Below are positions 1-8,842 of a stretch of 64,000 nucleotides of DNA, in pieces. The translations under genes were made by a program, and so were the position numbers. Below the pieces are notes generated by a model that saw nothing but the letters and a program-made list of their open reading frames with translations, did no database searches and was not told the DNA's origin. This stretch comes from Clostridia bacterium (lineage in GTDB: Bacteria > Bacillota > Clostridia > Christensenellales > CAG-138). The stretch spans positions 8,152-72,151 of the forward strand of contig JAFRRO010000091.1 of assembly GCA_017428025.1 (NCBI GenBank), in the 5' to 3' direction. The stretch's first letter is position 1; each line of letters begins with the position of its first letter.

Positions 1-182
1 TGCTCGCCATGGTCGGCGCGGGGCGGTATCCGGACGTTGTGAACTGCGCAAAGGAACTCGTGCACGTTAAGGAGACGCTGCTGCCCGATCCGGCGCTTGC
101 GGCGAAGTATGAAGAAAAATATCAGATCTTCCGTAGAATCTATCCCAGTCTCAAAGTGTTTTATAAGGAGTGCAAGGCATGA
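1..182 (+). CDS. FGGY-family carbohydrate kinase (xylulokinase-like), C-terminal fragment running off the window edge
   Basis: Frame 3 reads LAMVGAGRYPDVVNCAKELVHVKETLLPDPALAAKYEEKYQIFRRIYPSLK, typical of an FGGY C-terminus. TGA 180-182 overlaps the next ATG. Confidence 0.7.
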   Translation, partial: LAMVGAGRYPDVVNCAKELVHVKETLLPDPALAAKYEEKYQIFRRIYPSLKVFYKECKA

Positions 183-808
183 ACATTCTTTCGATCACCG
201 ATCCGGAATTTATCCCCTACGGCAAGGCGTTGGAGGGCTACGATACGGCTGAACTGCTTTCGGCCATGAACCGCATCGCGCTGCCGAAAGACGGCGTTGC
301 GTACGAACCGGGCATCGATTCGCTCGAAGCGTGCGCGATCTTTGAAGAACTGCGCGACCGCGCATACGGCGGCATGCCGATCGAGCTCGGCATGTGCTGG
401 GGACACAACACCAGACTGAACTGCCTCGAATACCATCGCGACAGCGAGATCAACATCGGCGCGGAGGACTTCATTCTGCTGCTCGCAAAGCAGGACGAGA
501 TCGAAAACGGCGTGCTGGACACGAAAACCGTCAAGGCGTTTCGCGTTCCGAAAGGCGTACCCGTCGAGGTGTATGCCACGACGCTGCACTATGCGCCGTG
601 CCATACGGATGCCCAAGATGGCTTTCGCGTGGCGGTCGCGCTGCCGAAAGGCACCAATACCGCAAAGCCGGTGTTTACGGCAAAGTGCGAGGAGGATTCC
701 TGGATGACCGCACGCAACAAGTGGCTGCTTGCCCATCCGGAATCCAGCGAAGCAAAAAACGGCGCGCACATCGGTCTGCGCGGCGAGAATATCGACATTT
801 CAGAATAA
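179..808 (+). CDS. DUF4867 family protein (cupin-like, sugar-catabolism operons)
   Basis: Motifs GMCWGHNTRLNCLEYHRDSEINIG, VEVYATTLHYAPC and NKWLLAHPES. ATGA overlap with the upstream kinase. Confidence 0.75.
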   Translation: MNILSITDPEFIPYGKALEGYDTAELLSAMNRIALPKDGVAYEPGIDSLEACAIFEELRDRAYGGMPIELGMCWGHNTRLNCLEYHRDSEINIGAEDFILLLAKQDEIENGVLDTKTVKAFRVPKGVPVEVYATTLHYAPCHTDAQDGFRVAVALPKGTNTAKPVFTAKCEEDSWMTARNKWLLAHPESSEAKNGAHIGLRGENIDISE

Positions 809-820
809 AGGAGAACAAGT

Positions 821-1339
821 ATGCAGAACATCCCGGAAGTCAAATTGGGCATCATTGCCGTCAGCCGCGACTGTTTCCCGATCGCGCTGTCCGAACAGAG
901 AAGAAAGAATATCCTGAACGCGTACGCGGGCGAACTCTAAGAATGTCTCGTCACGGTAGAAAATGAAACCGACATGCAGAAGGCGGTCAGGGACGTCAAG
1001 GAACAGGGCTGCAACGCTCTGGTCGTATTCCTGGGCAACTTCGGTCCCGAAACGCCGGAAACGCTGATTGCGAAGCACTTCGACGGACCGTGCATGTTCG
1101 TCGCGGCGGGCAGGAGCTACATCACGGTCGACCTCGTCTATCAGTCGGTCGATCAGCTGCGCGGCATGCCGCTTCTGGACTTAGCGCATCCGCCGGTGGT
1201 GTATCCGCTCGCCTTTATGGGGCTTCTCTATGACGCGGACGGGCTCTGTCCCGCGGAGAAGATGGAGGAGCGGCTGAAGAGCGCGATCGACCGCTACGAC
1301 GAGCTGCTTGAACAATACGGGCTTTCCGAAGCCGCATAA
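821..1339 (+). pseudogene. L-fucose/L-arabinose isomerase family pseudogene (in-frame stop, truncated, fused to an unrelated tail)
   Basis: SD AAGGAG and ATG 821. Reads MQNIPEVKLGIIAVSRDCFP...AGEL*(TAA 938-940)ECLVTVENE...VVFLGNFGPETPETLIAKHFDGPCMFVAA, then unrelated sequence from about 1110. Confidence 0.75.
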
Positions 1340-1390
1340 GAAACGATAAGCCGGAACGGGATCACCGCTCCGGCCCGTTTTTTGTTTGAA

Positions 1391-1549
1391 GTCGGACAGA
1401 CCGAGCTGCTCGTCAAAGGTCTTGCATCAGGGGAATACGAGGTCCGCGTGCGCGCGTTTGTCGATACGACCGGCGCGGAGAAAAGCTTCCTGATCATGGA
1501 TATCAACTACGGCGAGTACAGCGACGTGATGACGGCAGCGGTGAATTAG
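1391..1549 (+). pseudogene. Fibronectin type III-like C-terminal remnant without a start codon
   Basis: VGQTELLVKGLASGEYEVRVRAFVD...YGEYSDV resembles the FN3 L-x-x-G-x-Y-x-V-x-V-x-A pattern. It begins right after a terminator-like hairpin. Confidence 0.5.
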
Positions 1550-1919
1550 CGCCTATCCCGATACGAAAGAATACAGGCGTTCGGCACGCGGACTTCAACC
1601 GTCCGGAAACGGTACGATCGCCCGATCCCATAACCCAAAACAACCCGAGGCGAAGCCACAGGCTCCGCCTCTTTTCATACGGACCAAGGATTCGGACGCT
1701 GCGGTTTGAAACGGAAACATGCCGCATATCCGTGCCTGCCGAAGGAAGGGAACGCAAAGAAAATCGACCGCTCGAAGTTTGCATGTTTATGCAGCGCGAT
1801 ATTGCTTCTTTGTCAAATTATGGTAAAATATTTAGATGTGAATACGCTGCATACAGACTGAATTCAGGGGGGGCATATCGGTATGCGGCGATCCGAAAAC
1901 GAGGATGGAGGTCGATTTC

Positions 1920-3956
1920 ATGAGACGAAAACTGCTTGCCCTATTTCTGGTCCTATGCCTTGTGCTCCCGCTCATCCCGGCGGTGACACTCGACGTTGCT
2001 TCGGCTGAAACGACAAAGACTTATAGACTCGTCACTTCTGTAGAAGAACTGCAGGATGGTTGCATTTATCTGCTTGTCAATACAGATGAAGCCGGCGTTG
2101 GAAAAGCGCTTTCCAAGCAAAACACCATTAATCGTTCGGCTGTCGATGTTACGATTACAACGGATAGGACGATTGTTTTGACGGAATATCAAATTGCTTT
2201 AAATAATAGCGATGACAAGGTGTTCCAGCTGACGCTCGGCGGCAGTACAGGCGAATGGTCGTTTTATATCGAGTCTGCTGGCTATCTATTTAATCCTCCA
2301 TCGAATAATCAATTGAAAACACAGGGGACAAACAATGACAATTCCAAGTTTACTATCAGTTTTGAAAACACTGATGTCAACATAATAAGCTCCAGTGGTA
2401 GGTATCTTTGCTACGATGAGGATAGTAACGTCTATTCATGCTATGCTGAAGACGATATTGGTGATAAGGATAGTTTTCTCTGCCTTTATCGGTATGATGC
2501 CGATGCGGGGATTGACGATCCGCCCGTAACACCGTCACCGACTGCGGAACCAACCGCCACTCCGGAGCCGTCACCGACTGCGGAACCGAATGATTCAAAG
2601 ACTTATGTGCTTGTTACGGAAGAAAAAGAATTGGCGAGCGGAAGCACATATTTAATTGCCAGTTCCGGCGAGAGCGGAAAAGCTTATGTAATGTCTAAGC
2701 AGGATGCGAACACACGTTCGGCATATGAAGTTACAGTCAGCGATGATTCAACAATTGTATTGAACACAAGCGAAATTGCGTCCTCAAATAACGACTCAAC
2801 CGCATTCGAATTGAAACTGGAAGGCAGTACGGATGCTTGGGCGTTGTTTGATCCTATCAACGGGTATTTATATTCCGCATACAACGGTGACTATTTGATA
2901 TCGAGTCCGGAACAGACTTGCACCTTTACAATCAGATATAACAGCGGTTCTGTCGCAGCCATGATCTCTTCAATGAATGGCACAGATCATGATGATTTAC
3001 AGTTTAACGACAATAACAAGGTATTTTCCTGCTATGAAAGAGGAAAGCAGCCTATCTACCTCTACAAACTTGTCGATGGCACCGAACCGCCGGCGGATAA
3101 ACCCGAAATCGAGAGTTGGTCGGTCGTGCTTTCCGGACAGATCGGCATGAACTTCTATATGACGATTCCGGAAGGGTATCAACCTGATACTATGAAAATC
3201 ACAATCGGCAGCAGAGAAGTAACGGCGAAAGGCGTGAAGCAGGATGACGGACGCTATAAGTTTACCTGTTATCTGACATCGGTCGAAATGGCGGAGCAGA
3301 TCACGGCTGTATACACCTACGAGGTTGACGGCACAGAAGCGAGGGAGAGCAAAACCACAAGTATTCAGGGGTATCTGAACGAAATCATTGAGAACATAGA
3401 CCACAAAGAGGAATACGAGAAGGCTAAAGCACTTGCAAAAGCACTCCTGAATTACGGTTATTATGCGCAGAAAGCGGTAGCTGATGGTGTGAATCACCCG
3501 GAGACGGACGGAACTTATATCGGAGAAGCGAATCTGCCGACGGAGATAACCGGATATGTTACCGAACCGACTTTGGACAGTTCTATCATTACGGGCGTCA
3601 CATATTCTCTGAGCCTTGACACGGAAACCGCGTTGAACATCTATCTGACAACGGCGGACGGATGTGTGCTGTCGAAGGACAACGTCGTCATTTCGGCAAC
3701 CGGTGCAGATGTTGAATACTCGGTCGACAAGGTAGGAAGCCGTTACCGCGTGAAGATCACCGGGATCGGCGCGCACGAACTCGGGACGGTCATTACCGTC
3801 ACAACCGGCAACAGCACAATTCAGGCGTCGGCGCTTACATACGTGCAGAAGTGTCTTGTGAACGACAAAGTAAAGCAGGCAACCAAGAACGCGGCAGCAG
3901 CGCTGTATCGATACTATCAAGAGGCGATCATTTATGCAGGAGGGGCAGAAGGATGA
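1920..3956 (+). CDS. Secreted/cell-surface protein with two repeated beta-rich domains, a PT linker and a C-terminal Ig-like region
   Basis: SD GGAGG and signal peptide MRRKLLALFLVLCLVLP. Repeats YRLVTSVEELQDGCIYLLV and YVLVTEEKELASGSTYLIA; PTAEPT linker; SVVLSGQIGMNFY and SLSLDTETALNIY modules. DNA is AT-richer than the flanks. Confidence 0.7.
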   Translation: MRRKLLALFLVLCLVLPLIPAVTLDVASAETTKTYRLVTSVEELQDGCIYLLVNTDEAGVGKALSKQNTINRSAVDVTITTDRTIVLTEYQIALNNSDDKVFQLTLGGSTGEWSFYIESAGYLFNPPSNNQLKTQGTNNDNSKFTISFENTDVNIISSSGRYLCYDEDSNVYSCYAEDDIGDKDSFLCLYRYDADAGIDDPPVTPSPTAEPTATPEPSPTAEPNDSKTYVLVTEEKELASGSTYLIASSGESGKAYVMSKQDANTRSAYEVTVSDDSTIVLNTSEIASSNNDSTAFELKLEGSTDAWALFDPINGYLYSAYNGDYLISSPEQTCTFTIRYNSGSVAAMISSMNGTDHDDLQFNDNNKVFSCYERGKQPIYLYKLVDGTEPPADKPEIESWSVVLSGQIGMNFYMTIPEGYQPDTMKITIGSREVTAKGVKQDDGRYKFTCYLTSVEMAEQITAVYTYEVDGTEARESKTTSIQGYLNEIIENIDHKEEYEKAKALAKALLNYGYYAQKAVADGVNHPETDGTYIGEANLPTEITGYVTEPTLDSSIITGVTYSLSLDTETALNIYLTTADGCVLSKDNVVISATGADVEYSVDKVGSRYRVKITGIGAHELGTVITVTTGNSTIQASALTYVQKCLVNDKVKQATKNAAAALYRYYQEAIIYAGGAEG

Positions 3957-4048
3957 AAGAGTACGAACGTTTGGAAATGGAAGTTGTCATTCTGGAGTCG
4001 GAAGACGTTATTACCGAAAGCGAGCTTGATTTGGAAGAGATATCGTGA
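3953..4048 (+). CDS. 31-aa acidic peptide MKEYERLEMEVVILESEDVITESELDLEEIS
   Basis: SD GGAGG upstream, ATGA overlap with the stop of the surface protein, terminator immediately after. Confidence 0.65.
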   Translation: MKEYERLEMEVVILESEDVITESELDLEEIS

Positions 4049-4058
4049 CGCAAGCAGC

Positions 4059-4086
4059 AAGGCGGGGGCAAGCGCTCCCGCCTTTT
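4059..4086 (+). terminator. Rho-independent terminator
   Basis: AAGGCGGG...CCCGCCTT stem followed by Ts. Confidence 0.6.
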
Positions 4087-4248
4087 GCGTTGACAAGCGA
4101 CGATTTGCGTCTGCAACCCGCCGGAAATAGACCGGCGGTTGGGAAAAAAACGGGGTAAATCAACCGCAGGGTGATAGCCAAAGCGGTTCGGATATGGTAT
4201 ACTGACGAAAACGGCGCGAGCGCCGAAGCAAGGAAAGGAAGTGTACGG

Positions 4249-5634
4249 ATGATTCAGGATCTTTTGACGGACAAGCGGCATCTGTTTGCCGCGGACGTCA
4301 ACACGGAACTCAGAGCCCAGCGCAACACGAGCCGTCGGGCGGTGCTGCTGAACGGCAATCTGGTCAACAACGCGCAGACGGAGCAATTCGGCGTCTCGGC
4401 GCGCGTATATCGGGACGGCGTCTACGGGTTCTCCTCCACGGCGGAGTATACCGACGAGACGGTGAAGGAGGTATTGAAGGCGGCGAGCGAGAACGCGGCG
4501 TTCCTTGCGCGGCATGCAGGCAAGGGCAAGGGACCGCACAAGCCGATGGCGGGCGGACGCATTCTGCGGGCGTACGACCTTGCGGACATCGAGCAGCGCC
4601 GGTACATCGAGTTTGCGACGGCGATCGACGACTATATCGCAAAGAAGTACCCCGATCTATTAAGCCGCACCGTCGTGGCGATGTCGGATTCGATGGAAAA
4701 GCTTTTGTGCGTCAGCAACGGCTGCGACGGACACAGCGTGCTGCCGAGAAGCTACCTCTTCGCGATTCTGACGTATCCGACGCCGGACGGCAAGCCGGTG
4801 GAGCTGTTTACGGCGATCGGCGGCGGCGACACGTTCGACCGCAATTTCCAAAACCCCGAGGACTGCTATGCCGAGATCGACAAAGCCTATGACAAGGTGC
4901 GTCAGAAGGCGGAGGGCGTCTATCCCGAGGCGGGCAATAAGACCGTCATCTTGGGCGGAGAGCTTGCGGGCATGCTCGCGCACGAGGCGGTGGGACACAC
5001 CGTCGAGGCCGATCTGGTGCTCGGCGGATCGGTTGCGGGCCCGAATCTCCATAAGCGTGTCGGCTCGGAGCTCGTCAACCTGACGGACTTTGCGCACACC
5101 GCGTTCGGCAAGCCCGCGCCGCTGCCGATCTATGTCGACGACGAGGGCACCGAGGCGACCGACGCCGTGCTGATCAAGGACGGCATCCTGGTCGGCTACA
5201 TGAACAGCCGCGAAACCGCCGAGCGCTTCGGCATGGTTCCGACCGGCAACGCGCGCGCGTATCTGTTCTCTGACGAACCGCTGATCCGCATGCGCAACAC
5301 GGCGGTGCTGCCCGGCACGTCGAAGCTCGAGGACATGATCGCGTCGATCGACGACGGCTATTATCTCATCCATTCGAACAACGGTCAGGCGGACACGACC
5401 GGCGAATTCATGTACGGCGTGACGTTCGGCTACGAGATCAAAAACGGCAGGCTTGCGCGGCCGCTGCTCGATACGACGATCTCGGGCGTGGCGTTCGACA
5501 TGCTCAAAACGGTCGACATGATTTCGGACGATATCACATGGGTATCCGCGGGCATGTGCGGCAAAAAGCAACCGATGCCCGTGAGCATGGGCGGACCGGC
5601 AATCCGTTGCCGCGTCACCATCGGCGGACGGTAA
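4249..5634 (+). CDS. tldD: TldD metalloprotease subunit
   Basis: HEAVGH zinc motif, DDEG, GNARA, PLIRMRNT and C-terminal CGKKQPMPVSMGGP. Confidence 0.9.
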   Translation: MIQDLLTDKRHLFAADVNTELRAQRNTSRRAVLLNGNLVNNAQTEQFGVSARVYRDGVYGFSSTAEYTDETVKEVLKAASENAAFLARHAGKGKGPHKPMAGGRILRAYDLADIEQRRYIEFATAIDDYIAKKYPDLLSRTVVAMSDSMEKLLCVSNGCDGHSVLPRSYLFAILTYPTPDGKPVELFTAIGGGDTFDRNFQNPEDCYAEIDKAYDKVRQKAEGVYPEAGNKTVILGGELAGMLAHEAVGHTVEADLVLGGSVAGPNLHKRVGSELVNLTDFAHTAFGKPAPLPIYVDDEGTEATDAVLIKDGILVGYMNSRETAERFGMVPTGNARAYLFSDEPLIRMRNTAVLPGTSKLEDMIASIDDGYYLIHSNNGQADTTGEFMYGVTFGYEIKNGRLARPLLDTTISGVAFDMLKTVDMISDDITWVSAGMCGKKQPMPVSMGGPAIRCRVTIGGR

Positions 5635-5646
5635 GGAGGGAAAACC

Positions 5647-6948
5647 ATGATCGAAACCTTGAAACTGACGGCGAAAGAAGCCGTGAAAGCCCTGAGAAAC
5701 GCGGGCGCCGAAAAGGCGCAGAGCACCGTGACCTATACCGTCACGCACGAATTCAACGTGGACGGCGGCGAATTCAGCCTGTTCCGCACGCTGTTCGACA
5801 AATCCCTGCGGATGAGCGCGATCACCGGCGGCAGGCGCGGCGTTGTCTCGCGGAACCGCTACGACGATGCGACGATTCGCGAAAGCGCCGGGGCATGCCT
5901 GGAGGCGGCGGCGTCCGCTGCGCCCGACGAGGCATGGGATATCGCGCCGCTGACAAAGAACGAGGACTTTACGCTCGGTGAGATCAAGCCCGATCTGGAC
6001 AAGCTGTTCGACCGCTGCAAAGAGCTGATGGAGGGCGTGAAGACGCGCTTTCCGAAGATCATCATGGAGCAGATGATCGTCGATCACCGCGAGATCATCG
6101 AGGTCAACGCCAATTCGAACGGCGTGCTGTTCTCGACGCACAAGGGCAATTATTTCATCGAACTGATGTTCAGCGGGCACGAGGGCGAGAAATCGTCGTC
6201 GTTCTATGTGAGCGTGCTGACGACGGACACTCTCGAAAAGCCGTTCCTCGAATGCGGCTCGCTTGCGACGGACCTCGGCAACGTCGAAAAACAGATCGAG
6301 ACCGAGAGCGTCGAGGGCAAGTTCGAGGGCACGATGGTGCTGATGCCGCTGTGCAGCATGGAACTGCTCGGTGGGCTTCTGACGACGTTCGCGGGCGAAG
6401 ACGGTCTTTTGACCGACACGAGCCCGTGGAAGGACAAGCTCGGCGAACAGGTTGCCGACGAACGGCTCACCGTCTCGCTCGCGCCGCTCGACGAACGGAT
6501 CGTCTGCGGCGAACGCATCACGGCGGAGGGCTTCCCGGCGGAGAACTACGACCTGATCAAGAACGGCCGTCTGAACGCGTTTGCGTTGAGCCTGTACTCC
6601 GCAAACAAGCTCAATCTTCCGCGCGCAAAGAACGACAGCGAGAGCATCGTCATCGAAGCGGGCGACAAGCCGCTTTCCGAGATCATCGCGTCGATCGACA
6701 GGGGCATCCTCGTCGGACGCTTCTCGGGCGGCAACCCCGCTCCGAACGGCGACTTCTCGGGCGTTGCGAAAAATAGCTTTTTGATCGAAAACGGCAAGAT
6801 CGGCCGCGCGCTGTCCGAGACCATGATCGGCGGCAACTTCGCCGAGATGCTGTTCAAGCTCCGCGACATCTCGAAGGAGCAGATCAACGCGGGCCTGTTC
6901 GTCCTGCCGTATCTCGCCTTCGACGGCATCACGATCTCCGGAAAATAA
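5647..6948 (+). CDS. pmbA: TldE/PmbA protein
   Basis: Follows tldD, lacks HExxH, has GGNPAPNGDFSG and FLIENGKI..ALSETMIGGN. Confidence 0.85.
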   Translation: MIETLKLTAKEAVKALRNAGAEKAQSTVTYTVTHEFNVDGGEFSLFRTLFDKSLRMSAITGGRRGVVSRNRYDDATIRESAGACLEAAASAAPDEAWDIAPLTKNEDFTLGEIKPDLDKLFDRCKELMEGVKTRFPKIIMEQMIVDHREIIEVNANSNGVLFSTHKGNYFIELMFSGHEGEKSSSFYVSVLTTDTLEKPFLECGSLATDLGNVEKQIETESVEGKFEGTMVLMPLCSMELLGGLLTTFAGEDGLLTDTSPWKDKLGEQVADERLTVSLAPLDERIVCGERITAEGFPAENYDLIKNGRLNAFALSLYSANKLNLPRAKNDSESIVIEAGDKPLSEIIASIDRGILVGRFSGGNPAPNGDFSGVAKNSFLIENGKIGRALSETMIGGNFAEMLFKLRDISKEQINAGLFVLPYLAFDGITISGK

Positions 6949-6976
6949 CCGAAAACCGAAAAAGCAGGGGCTGTTA

Positions 6977-7102
6977 ACAACCCTCCCGTCTTTTGCTTCG
7001 CAAAATCCACCCTCCCTTACACAGGGAGGGCTTTTTCTTGCGTAAAAAAGAGGCTCCCCTGTGTAAGGGGAGCTGGATCGCGAAGCGAGACTGAGGGGTT
7101 GT
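6977..7102. repeat. REPIN-like inverted dimer of double-hairpin repeats
   Basis: Left arm ACAACCCTCCCGTC..GCTTCGC..ATCCACCCTCCCTTACACAGGGAGGGC is an imperfect reverse complement of right arm GGCTCCCCTGTGTAAGGGGAGCTGGATCGCGAAGCGAGACTGAGGGGTTGT. Confidence 0.8.
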
Positions 7103-7152
7103 ATTTGAAAACGCTCTTGACGAACCTCCTGTCAGCCCCCCTTTTCATTTTG

Positions 7153-8646
7153 TTATTTGAGATTGTAGAGCGCGGTGAACTTCTCCGTGAGATAGTCCGT
7201 ATAGTAGGTCGGATCGAACGGCGCGCCGAACGCTTCCTCCATCAGCGCGGTCGGCTCCTTCATGCAGCCGAAGCGGTAGATATGCTCGGTCAGCCATTCG
7301 ACGATCGGCTTGAGATTGCCTGCGCGGACGTTGTTCCACACGTCGATCTCGCGCTCCATGCGCTTGATCAGCTGCGCGCCGTATGCGCTGCCCAGCGCGT
7401 AGGACGGGAAGTACCCGAACAGCGCGCTTGCCCAGTGCGAATCCTGCAGCACGCCGCGGCGGTCGTCCGGCACGTCGATGCCGAGGTACTCCTTGTACAT
7501 GCGGTTCCACTCCATGGGCAGGTCCTTTGCTTTGAGATCGCCGTCGAACAGCCGCTTTTCAAGCTCGTAGCGCACCATGACGTGCAGCGCGTAGGTCAGC
7601 TCGTCGGCTTCGGTGCGGACCAGAGACGGTTCCGCCTTGTTGACCGCGACGTAGAACTGATGCGCGGTCACGCCCTTGAGCTGTTCGGGGAAGATCTCCT
7701 GCATCTTCGGGAAGATCGCCTCGCAAAACGGCTCGCTCCGGCCGATGATGTTCTCAAAGAAGCGCGACTGGCATTCGTGCACGCTCATCGATACGCCGCA
7801 GCCGATCGGCAGCCTTGCGATCTCGTCGGCGACGTTGCGTTCGTAAGTCGCGTGACCGCCCTCGTGAATCACGCTGTACATCGACGCCTCGACCATGTCC
7901 TCATGGTAGTGCGTGGTGATGCGCACGTCGTATTTCGTGAACTCCGTGGTGAACGGATGCTCGGTCTCGCCGATGATGCAGTGGTTCCTGTCGAGCCCCA
8001 GCACGTCCATCAGATAGTCCGAAAAGATGCGCTGGTCGGCAATCGGATAGTGCGTGTGCAGGAACGAGACGTCCGGCTGCTCCTTGATCTTTGCAATCAC
8101 GGGCACGAGCCGCTCGCGCACGGTCGCGAAGAACCGGTCGAGCGTCGCGGTGTTGAGTCCCTTTTCGTACGTGTCCAGCAGCGTGTCGTAGACCGGCGCG
8201 TCGGGCCGATAGTAGCGCGCAAAGCGCTTGACGCTTTCGATCAGCTTTTCGAGGTGCGGCAGGAACATCCGGAAATCGCTCTTCAGCTTCGCTTCGTGCC
8301 AGACCTGATCGGCGATCGTCTGGTCGATCGTGAACTGCACGTATTCCTCCTTCGGAATACAGGCGATGCGTTCGCGCTCCTCCATCGCAAGCTCCGCAGT
8401 GCGCACGATGACCGGATCCACCTCGTCGCGGTGCGCGAGGATCTCCTTCTGCATCGCTTCGACCTCGGGCGAGGTTTCCATCTCATAGTCGACCTCGGAG
8501 AGCACGCCCAGCGTGTCGCCGACGATGGCGCCCGCGCCTTTGGGCATGATCGTGTTCATGTCGTAGGACATCAGTCCCATCGCGTGATGATAGGCGCGAA
8601 GCTTTTCGAGATACGCGCGATAACGCGCAACGGTTTCTTGTATCAT
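7153..8646 (-). CDS. Carboxypeptidase M32 (Taq family)
   Basis: HPF, DVRITT, HEGGH, HECQSRFFEN, QDSHW and YFPSYALG motifs. Start MIQETVARY with SD GGAG. Confidence 0.92.
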   Translation of the reverse strand: MIQETVARYRAYLEKLRAYHHAMGLMSYDMNTIMPKGAGAIVGDTLGVLSEVDYEMETSPEVEAMQKEILAHRDEVDPVIVRTAELAMEERERIACIPKEEYVQFTIDQTIADQVWHEAKLKSDFRMFLPHLEKLIESVKRFARYYRPDAPVYDTLLDTYEKGLNTATLDRFFATVRERLVPVIAKIKEQPDVSFLHTHYPIADQRIFSDYLMDVLGLDRNHCIIGETEHPFTTEFTKYDVRITTHYHEDMVEASMYSVIHEGGHATYERNVADEIARLPIGCGVSMSVHECQSRFFENIIGRSEPFCEAIFPKMQEIFPEQLKGVTAHQFYVAVNKAEPSLVRTEADELTYALHVMVRYELEKRLFDGDLKAKDLPMEWNRMYKEYLGIDVPDDRRGVLQDSHWASALFGYFPSYALGSAYGAQLIKRMEREIDVWNNVRAGNLKPIVEWLTEHIYRFGCMKEPTALMEEAFGAPFDPTYYTDYLTEKFTALYNLK

Positions 8647-8666
8647 GTCAGAACTCCTTTCAGGTT

Positions 8667-8828
8667 TTAATTTGCATCGGGTTTTTTCGGCTTGCCGAAC
8701 AGGATCAGCAGCACGACGGAGATCACGCCCGCGGCGATCAGAATCACGCTGCGCAGCGTGCCGGCGTTCGCTTCGCCCGCGCAGGCGAGCGGCGTAAGCA
8801 GCGGAAGCAGGGAGAACAGTCGTTTCAT
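8667..8828 (-). CDS. 53-aa membrane protein (signal-like segment, TM helix, basic tail)
   Basis: SD AAAGGAG; MKRLFSLLPLLTPLACAGEANAGTLRSVILIAAGVISVVLLILFGKPKKPDAN fills the gap within the operon. Confidence 0.55.
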   Translation of the reverse strand: MKRLFSLLPLLTPLACAGEANAGTLRSVILIAAGVISVVLLILFGKPKKPDAN

Positions 8829-8842
8829 CGGCGGCTCCTTTC

